Part shown: piece by piece, positions 8,541-17,500 of the stretch | Layout: every line of letters starts with the position of its first letter | Position numbering within the stretch: the first letter of the stretch is position 1 | Assembly (NCBI GenBank): GCA_965208755.1 | Contig: OZ242353.1 | Location: forward strand, 3,138,671-3,202,670 | Direction of reading: 5' to 3' | Length of the DNA: 64,000 nucleotides | DNA from: Candidatus Multivorans sp. | GTDB lineage: Bacteria > Acidobacteriota > Thermoanaerobaculia > Multivoradales > Multivoraceae | Translations under genes and position numbers: made by a program | The notes under the pieces: generated by a model | The model's database searches: none | What the model was told of the DNA's origin: nothing | The model's input: the letters and a program-made list of their open reading frames with translations, nothing else

Positions 8541-11500
8541 CGCCTGCGCTCGAAGGGATAGCCGGGCAGCGAGATCCGGCGCCGCGTCTCGCCAGCGAAG
8601 AGGCCCGCGAAGGAGACCGGTAGTCCGGCCTCGTAGGCCGCGGACGCGGCCTCGAGGAAACCGCCGCCGGGGTGACCGCCCGCGGCCTCGCCGGAGGGCG
8701 GCCACAGGCTCGCCAGCACGAGTGGGCTGCCGTTGGTTTCTTCGTTCCCGGCTGCTTCGGCGTCGGAAGCCGGCCAGGCGTCGGCGATCGCCGGCGCCAG
8801 GGATTGCCCCGGGCCGACTTCAAGCACGACCTCGACTCCGCGGTCCGCCAGGGTCGCGGCGCTTGCCTCGGGCGCGGCGGACGCTCCATCGCGCTGGAGC
8901 CACAAGGAGGCGTCCAGCGCCTCGTTCGCCGCCAGTGGGCGACCGTCGGCGCCGCGGATCACGGTCAGGGAGGGGCGTTCGAGGACCAGGTCGCGGGCCA
9001 GGCGCTCCGTTCCGCCCGCGGCGGCAGCCAGGCGCAGGCCGTCTTCCAGGCTGAGGATACCGGCGGCGTGGGCCGCGGCGAGCTCACCGGCGTCGAACCC
9101 GGCGACGACGCTCGGCCGGATCCCGATGCTCGACCAGAGCGCGGTCAGCGAGCACTCGAGCGCGTAGACGGCCGGACAGGCCCAGGCCGGATCGTCGAGA
9201 TCGCCGGAAGCCTCCGTTCGCCCGAACATGATCTCCAGGAGCGATTCGCCGCGTTGCTCCCGGAGCACTTCGTCGCAGCGGTCGAGGACTGACCGAACCA
9301 CCGGCTCGGTCCGGTAGAGCGCCTCTCCCATGCCGGTCCACCGGCTGTCCCGGCCGGAGTAGACGAAGGCGACGTTCGTCGCTTCTCGCGGCGAGGGTCC
9401 GCCGCTCGCTTCGGAGAGCGCCCGGAGACGGTCGACCAGCGATGCCCCGTCCCGGAACACGAGCGCGGCGCGGTGCGGGAAGTGACTCCGGCCGGTGCCG
9501 GCGGTCCAGGCCAGGTCGGACAGGAGCGGACCCGCCGCGCTGCCGTCGGACTCGAGGGCGCCGCCACGCCCGTCGACCCAGCCGAGAAAACGTCCAGCGA
9601 GGGACCGCAGGGCGGTATCGGACTTGGCGGAGAGAGGCAGGATGCGGGTCTGGCGTTCGCCCGGCTCGGAGTCGCCGTCCGGCGCGGCGTAGCCCTCCAC
9701 GACGACGTGCACGTTAGTCCCGGAGAACCCGAAGGCACTGACTCCGGCGCGAGCCGGACGGCTGTTGGCCGGTGGCCAGTGCGTTCGTTCAGACGTGACC
9801 CGCACGGGCAGCCGGTCCCAGTCGACCCCCGGGTTCGGCGTCTCGAAATGCAGGTGCTTCGGAATGACTCCGTGACGCATGGCGAGAACGACCTTGATGA
9901 GTCCCGCGATGCCCGCGGCCGACTCGAGGTGACCCATGTTCGTCTTCGCCGTCCCGATCAGCAGCGGGCGATCGGCGTCCCGCTCGCGGCCGTAGATGGC
10001 CGCCGCGGCCTGCACCTCGATGGAGTCGCCGATCTCCGATCCGGCGCCGTGCGCCTCCAGGTAGTCGACATCGGCCGGAGCGACACCGGCGCGCGACAGC
10101 GCCTCCTCGATGACCTGTTCCTGGGCGGGACCGCTCGGCATCGTCAGCCCCGCGGCGGTGCCGTTGTGGTTCACGGCCGAGCCCCTGATGACCGCCCAGA
10201 TCCGGTCGCCGGCGGCCTCCGCTTCGCTCAGCCGCTTGAGGAGGACGACGCCGCATCCCTCGCCGCGAACGTAGCCCTCCGCCGAAGCGTCGAAGGTGGC
10301 GCAGCGACCGGTCGACGCCAGCAGGCCGTGCTCGAGCAGGAGCCTGCTGAAGTTGGGGGAGAAGATCGCATTGACGCCGCCGGCCAGCGCCAGGTCCACC
10401 TCGCCACGCTCCAGCGCCGTGGCCGCGGCGTGGACAGCGGCGAGCGAGGCCGCGCACTGCAACTGGAAGGGCAGCGCAGGGCCCATCAGACCGAGCATGA
10501 AGGCGACCCGTCCCACGGTCATGCTGGACATCGTGCCGACGGAGCCGCCGTCCGAGCCGCCTGCGATCATGAGGTCCCGATACTCGCTCGCGTTCAGCCC
10601 GGCGAACACGCCCGAGCGGCTGCCCCTGAGCGCTTCCGGATCGATTCCGGCATCCTCCAGGGCCTGCCAGCTCGTCTCCAGCAGCATCCTCTGCTGGGGG
10701 TCCATGGCCTCCGCCGCGATCGGCCGGAGGCCGAAGAACCTGGCGTCGAACAGTTCGAGTCCGCCGACATAGCCGCCCCAGCGATAGGCCGGGTGGTCGG
10801 CCTCGGGATCGCCGACGCGGTCGAGCCAGTAGTCGGCCCCGGTGCGTCCCTCGGTGACCAGGTCGGCGCCCGCCAGGAGCTGTTCCCAGTAGGTCGACAC
10901 GTCCGGGGCGCCGGGGAAACGGCAGGCCATGCCGACGATGGCGATGCCCTCCCGGTCCGTTTCGGTCGTCGGACGGCGGGGCTGCGCGACAGGCTTCTCG
11001 GGAACGCGGGGCGCGCCGGTGAGAGCCTCGATCTCGCCGGCCAGGTGGCCGGCGAGTTCCGCGGTGCTGGGGTAGTCGAAGACGATCGTGTTGGACGTCG
11101 TGTACTCGCCGGCGAAGGCGCGGTTCAGCCGGTTCCGCAGCTCCACCGCCATCAGCGAGTCCATGCCCACGTCGAAGAAGCCGACGGTCGCCGAGGGCGG
11201 CGACGGGAGGTGGAGCACGGACTGCAGCTCCTGCTGGATGAAGGTCTCCAGCAGATTCCGTTTCTCTTCCGACGGCGCCTCCCGTAGTTGTGCCATCAGG
11301 CCGCTGGAGGCGGCCGGCTCCTCCGTTCGCCGGCGTCGGACCTTCCTCGTGGCCAGCAGTTCGTCGAAGAACGGCGGCGGTGTCCCGAACTCCTCGGCGA
11401 CGATGGACCAGTCGGTCGCGGTGACCATTGGCGCGGTCACGTCCTGCCGGACCAGCCGGTCCAGCGCCTCGATGCCCTGTTCGGGAGTGATCCACTCCGC

Positions 11501-14500
11501 GGCGGTGTGGTCGAACCGCCTCCTGATCCGCTCCCTCTGCTCTTCCGCTTCCCCGATGCCCGACCAGGCCCCCCAAGCGATCGACTGGCCGGGGAGTCCC
11601 AGACCGCGGCGGTGGGCGGCGAGCTGGTCGAGGAAGGCGTTGGCGGCGGAGTGGTTCGACTGCCCGGGGTTGCCGACGACGCCGATCCCGCTGGAGAACA
11701 GGACGAACAGGTCGAGGTCCCTGGTCCTGGTCGCCTGATGGAGATGCCAGGCGCCGAGGACCTTCGGCCACAGCACCTGCTCGAAGCGGTCCCAGGTCTG
11801 GTTCTCGATGACGCCGTCCGAGAGGACGCCCACGCTGTGAATGACGCCTCCGAGCGGCCTTGGGCCTTCATCGATGCGGGCGAGCAACGCGTCGACAGCG
11901 GCGAAGTCCGTGACGTCGGCGATCTCCACCCGCACGTCGGCGCCGGCTTCCCTCAGCTCGCGGATGACCGCTTCGGCCTCCGGATCGGGATCCCGGCGAC
12001 CGTTGAGGACGACGGCGCCGGCGCCCTGCTCGGCCAGCCAGCGGGCGACCGCGCAGCCGATTCCGCCCAGGCCGCCGGTGACGAGATAGGCGCGGTCCGG
12101 CCGGAGACCACCCCGGGCGAGCGGCGGCATCCGCAGGACGTTCTTGCCGGTGTGCCGGGCGGCGCGCATGGCGTCCATCGCCGATTCCATCTCGCAGAGC
12201 GGCCAGACCGTGTGCGGCAGAGGGGACAACTCGCCGGCCGCGAGCCGATCCATGATCCGGGCGAGGGAGGCGCCGGCGCGCACCGGATCCGTCCGCTTCA
12301 GTTCATCGACATCGAGGACGGAGTACGCGACGTCGGGACGCGACGCGGACATCTCCTGTTGGCTCCAGATACCCCGCTTCCCGATCTCGACGAAGCGGCC
12401 GCCGGGACCCAGGCAGGCGAGGCTCGCTTCGATGAAGCCCTCGCTGGTCAGGCTGTTCAAGACGACGTGGACGCCCTCGCCGTCCGTCGCGTCCAGGATC
12501 TCGTCGCCGAACGCGGTCTGCCGGCTGTCGAACACGTGGTCCACGCCGAGGGAGCGGAGGAAGGGCTGCTTGGCGGCGCTGGCGGTCGCGAAGACCTCGG
12601 CGCCGGCGGCCTGAGCCAGTTGAATCGCGGCGAGGCCGACGCCGCCGGTCCCGGCGTGGATCAGCACGCGCTCGCCGGCCTGAAGATCCGCCGTCCGGAA
12701 CGCGAGATCGGCGGTGACGAAGCAGATGGGCACGGTCGCGAGGGCGGACGTGGAGAGCCCGGCGGGAGCGGGCGCGACGAGCGCCGCATGGGTGACGATC
12801 TCCGGGGTGAACGAACCGAACCCCATCCCGGCCACCAGGTCGCCGGTTGCGAGGCCTTCGACCTCTTCGCCGGTCTCCAGGACGCGGCCGACCAGTTCGC
12901 GGCCGATCTCGCCTCCGGTGGAAACCGCGCCGATGCTCATCAGCGCGTCGACGAAGTTGAGGCCCATCGCCTCGACGGCGACCCGGACCTCGCCGGGCTC
13001 GAGATCGGGTCGGGGCCGGGGCTTCGCCCGGAGGGTGGTCAGGCCGGCCTCCGGATCCTCGGGGCCGACGACCCAGTCGGGGTCCTCCGGCAGGGCGAGA
13101 CGCGAGTCGTCGGCGCCGGGCCGGATCAGGCGCGCGGCCCTACGGACGCCTCCCCGGTGGGCGATGAGGGTCTCGGAATCGGCGAACAGGAGTTCCTGGG
13201 CGAGTTCCGGGGCCGCCGGCGTTCCCGAGCTGGGGTCGAGGTCGATCAGTTTCGGCTGAAGGTGGGACGCCTCCCAGGACATCGTCTTGCCGAAGCCCCA
13301 GAGGGCGGCGCCGGCAAGTTCGCCGATGGAACTGGCCGCCCACTGGGTGCGCGGGTCCTCTGACCCGCCTGGAAGATCGCGCCGGCCGTCAGGCCGGCTC
13401 CGTTCTGGCGGCCAGTTCCATAGGAGGTCTTGCTCGAGGACCTGCGCGCCGCGCGTCACGAACCAGACACCCTCCGTCGGGCCGACGCCGGCGTCGATCG
13501 CGCCCTGCGCGAGTGCTAGGGCCGTTGACGCGGCATGCGTGACGTCCTCCGCCATCCCGTCTGTGGTCGCCGACGCTCCGTGTCCGTCCAGGGCCAGGAG
13601 GTGCACGACGCCCCTGAGCGGCGGTTGCTCGGGCAACCCCTCCAGCAGGGCCCGCCAGGCTTCGCGGTCCGACGGTTCGAGGGCGGCCGTCGTGACGCCC
13701 GGAACTTCGGGCGGAGGATCGCCGGCATCGCCTTCCGCGCGGACCAGAAGGACCGTCTGGTCGCGGCAGGCCAGCTCGGCGGCGAGTTGTTCCGCCATGC
13801 CGGCGCCGTCGGCCGAGACGACCCAGGCGCCGGTCGCCGGGGCGACGTCGGCCGGGCCCCGGGCGAGGATGACACTCGAACCGAGGTGTTCGTCGGTGTC
13901 CGGATCGCGGGTTCCCAGGAATTCCACGTCGGAGAAACCAGTGTCGCCCAGTGCCCGGCGCCATTCGTCCGGCCTGGCGAAGGCGTGCTCGGTCCGGTAG
14001 ATGTCGGTGAAGCGCCACCATCCGTCCAGGAGCCCGAAGGTCAGGTCCTGCCAGGTCCGGTGCCGCAGACCTTCGAGAGCAACCAGTTGACCCGACGGCG
14101 CGAGCAGGTCCCGGCAGTGCGACAGGGTCTCGCCCAGGTCCCGGGTCGCGTGCAGCACGTTGGCGGCGATGACCAGGTCGTAGGCGTGAGCGTCGAAGCC
14201 CTGTGCCGCCGGATCCGCCTCGATGTCGAGGCGCCGGTACTCGATCGGCGCGCCGGTCGCGGCGAAGCGTTCTTCGGCCTGCGAGAAGAAGCCCGCCGAG
14301 ATGTCGGTGAAGGTGTAGTCGATCCGGTCCGAAGGCAGCCGCGGGAGAACCGCCTCGGTGGCGGACCCGGTCCCCGCCCCGACTTCCAGGATCCGCAGCC
14401 GGCGATCCTCCGGCAGGTCGGAGACGGCCGCTTCGACCGCGTCTCCGAGCATCCGGTTCGCCGAGCGGTTGGCCGGCGCCTGGAGGTAGACACCCGCCGC

Positions 14501-17500
14501 GCCGGGCCCCTCGTCGCTGAACATCAGCGTCATCGGATCCGTGCTTCCCTGGAGCACCTCGGCGAGAGCCGGACCGCAGCGGCAGAGCAGGCCGAGCTCG
14601 TTGGAGCCGTGGGGGTGCCTGTCCCGAAGCCTCTCGGCGAGAGTCTCGGGGTCCGCCAGGGCTTCGTCCGGGAGCGGGTCGCCGGCTCCGACCGCCACGA
14701 CATAGCCCCCGTCGGAACGGCTCAGGATGTCCGCCTCGGACAGGATGGCCAGGAGTCGGCGGAAGAGGCGCCGGTGCTCGTCCACGACGTTCAATTCGCG
14801 GCGAAGCGCCTCGGGCGAGACCGTTGCCTCCGCCGGGCGCCGCCATCCCATTCCCTCGAGCGCCGAGAGGACGTAGGCCTTGGACAGCCGCTCGAGGTCC
14901 CGGAGCAGAGTGATTCGGTCCGCCGCTTCGACGTCGCGCTCCGCCAGGTGCTCGGCGAGGGTGCGCGACTGGCCGGCGACCGTTGCCGGCCTGGCCAGGA
15001 AGTCGGCGGCGGGCACGCTTCCGTCCAGCGGCCGCTCCCGCCAGGCGACCTCGTACAGCAGGTCCTTCATCCCCGCCCTGGCCGAGAGGAGGGCGCCGCG
15101 GGTGGCTCGCTTGACGGTGAAGCCGAACAGGCCGCCGAGCGGCTCCCCTTCGGTGGAGTAGAACCGAACGTCCCCCGTCACGACTTCGGGCGGCTCGGAA
15201 GACGCGGCGTCCGCTCCGTTCGTCGCGGCCGACGTCCTCACGGTCGCGTGGCAGAGGAGCCTGCTCGGCATCGGCCCCGCCACCCACAGACGCTGCCAGC
15301 CGAAGGGCATGTACACCGCCCCCTGCTCGGCAACGGTGTGATGGCGGGCCAGCGACAGGACCTGGAAACAGCCGTCCAGCAGCAGCGGATGCAGTTCCAT
15401 CCCGGTCGCGTCGACCGAATCGTTGAGCGCGAGCGTGGCCAGGGACTCTCCTTCCGTTGCCCAGGCGGATTCGATCGTGTGGTACGACGGGCCGAGGTAG
15501 ATGCCCGTCGCGGACCGCATCGCGTAGAACTCCACCGGATCCTGGGGCGTCAGCTCGGCCTTGAGCGCCTCCACGTCGAGGGGGGGAAGCGGTTCGACGT
15601 CCGACCTCCCCGAGGAGAGTCGACCGCCCGCGTGAAGGGTCCAGCCCTCCTCGCCCTCCCCCTTCGTGAAGATCTCGAAGGGGCGTTCCGCGAGGTCGTC
15701 CGAGCCGTCCAGAACGAACTGCAGGGTGCGGCCTGCGCTCGCTCCGCTTTCCGGATCCTCTTCGTCGAGCATCAGCGGGCTGTAGATCTGCAACTCGTCC
15801 ACGACCGCCGGCCCGTCGCCCTGGCTCAGCGCCACCGAGACCGCCATGCCGCCGTGGAGCCCGCCGGGGACGACCACCTGCTCGTACACCAGGTGGTCCA
15901 GCAGCCACGCGGGATCGGAGGCGAACACCTCCGTCTCGAACATGACCTCGCCGCGGGGCGACTCGTGGCGGACGCCGAGCAGCGGATGGCCGTCGGCCTT
16001 GTGCCTGCGCTTCGACGTCCGGACCCAGTGCTGGATGCGCTGGAAGGGATAGCCGGGCAGGGTGATCCGGCGCCGCTCCTCGCCGGCGAACAGGCCCTCG
16101 AACTCGATGTCGAGGCCGGCTTCCCAGGCGCCTGCAACCGCCTCGGTGAAGCCGCCGCTGGTGTCGCTAGGCGGGCCCTCGGCCTCGCGGGGCGGCCGCC
16201 GCAGACTGGCGAGCACCGGCGGAGATCCCGCCGGCGCCGACGCGGGCCAGATCATCGAGACCACGGGGCCCAGCACGGCGTGGGGGCCGATCTCCACGAC
16301 CGCGTCCACCCCCATCTCCGCCAGGGTATCGACGCTGGCCCGAAACGCCACCGGCTCGCGGGCGTGGCGCCGCCAGTATGCGGCGTCCATCCGGTCGTCC
16401 GGGTCGAGCAGGCGGCCGGTGATGTTGCTGACGAGGGGGACGGAGGGGGCCGGAGGCGAGGGCGCGATCTCCCGGACGGCGGCTTCCAGCTCGTCCAGGG
16501 CCGGCTCGATCAGGGCGCTGTGGTACGCGGGGCTCCGCCGCAGCCGGTGCGTCTTGACGCCCTCGGCTTCGAAGCGGGCGAGCAGAGCGTCGAGTTCGGC
16601 GGCCGGCCCGCTCACGACCTGCTGCGCACCGTTGTCGACGGCAACGGAGAGGTCCGCGTCGTTCGAGCCGGCGTTGTGCTCGGCCGCCGCTTCGGCGACG
16701 CGGGAGGCGGGGGCGAAGACGGCGGCCATCGCGCCGTCGGAGCGCGTGGCGCCCATCAGGGTGCCGCGGGCGGCGGCGTATCGAAGGCCCTGCTCAAGGG
16801 TGAAGCCGCCCGCCGCCCGCGCCGCGGCGATCTCGCCCAGGCTGTGACCGACGACGACGCTCGGCCGGACGTCCAGGCTCTCCCAGAGCGCGACCAGCGC
16901 GCACTCCAGGGAGTAGATGGCGGGTTGGGTCCAGGTCGGTTCGTCGAGCAGGCCGTCGGTCCCGTTCTCTCCGAACATGACGTCGAGCAGGGAGACCCCG
17001 CGGTCCTCCAGGAGCAGCCGGTCGCAGCGGTCGAGCACCGAGCGGAACACGGGCTCCCGTTCGTAGAGGGCCCGGCCCATTCCGGGCCATTGACTGGCCT
17101 GACCGGTGAAGACGAAGGCCACCTTCTTCGCGTCGCGCGGCGCTCCGTCGCCCTCGCCGGCGGACAGGTCCTCCAGTTGCTGCCGGAGCTGCGAGTCATC
17201 GGTGAAGACGAGGCCGGCCCGGTGCGCGAAGTGGCTCCTCGCGACTGCGGCCGTCCAGGCCAGGTCCGCGAGGTCAGGGTCCGTCTCTTCGTCGAGCCAG
17301 GACAGGTAGCGTCCGGCTGAGTCGCGCAGGGCCACCGGCGACCTGGCCGAGAGGGGCAGGAAGCGGGTTTCGCGTGTTCCCTGTTCCCCGAGCGGTTCCT
17401 CGCCCGGTTCCGTCGGGGGCCTCACGCGCAGGCGGACGCCACTCGGGAAGGACCCGCGGAAGTACGCGCGAGCGGCGCCGGCAGGGGCCTCCAGCCCGTT

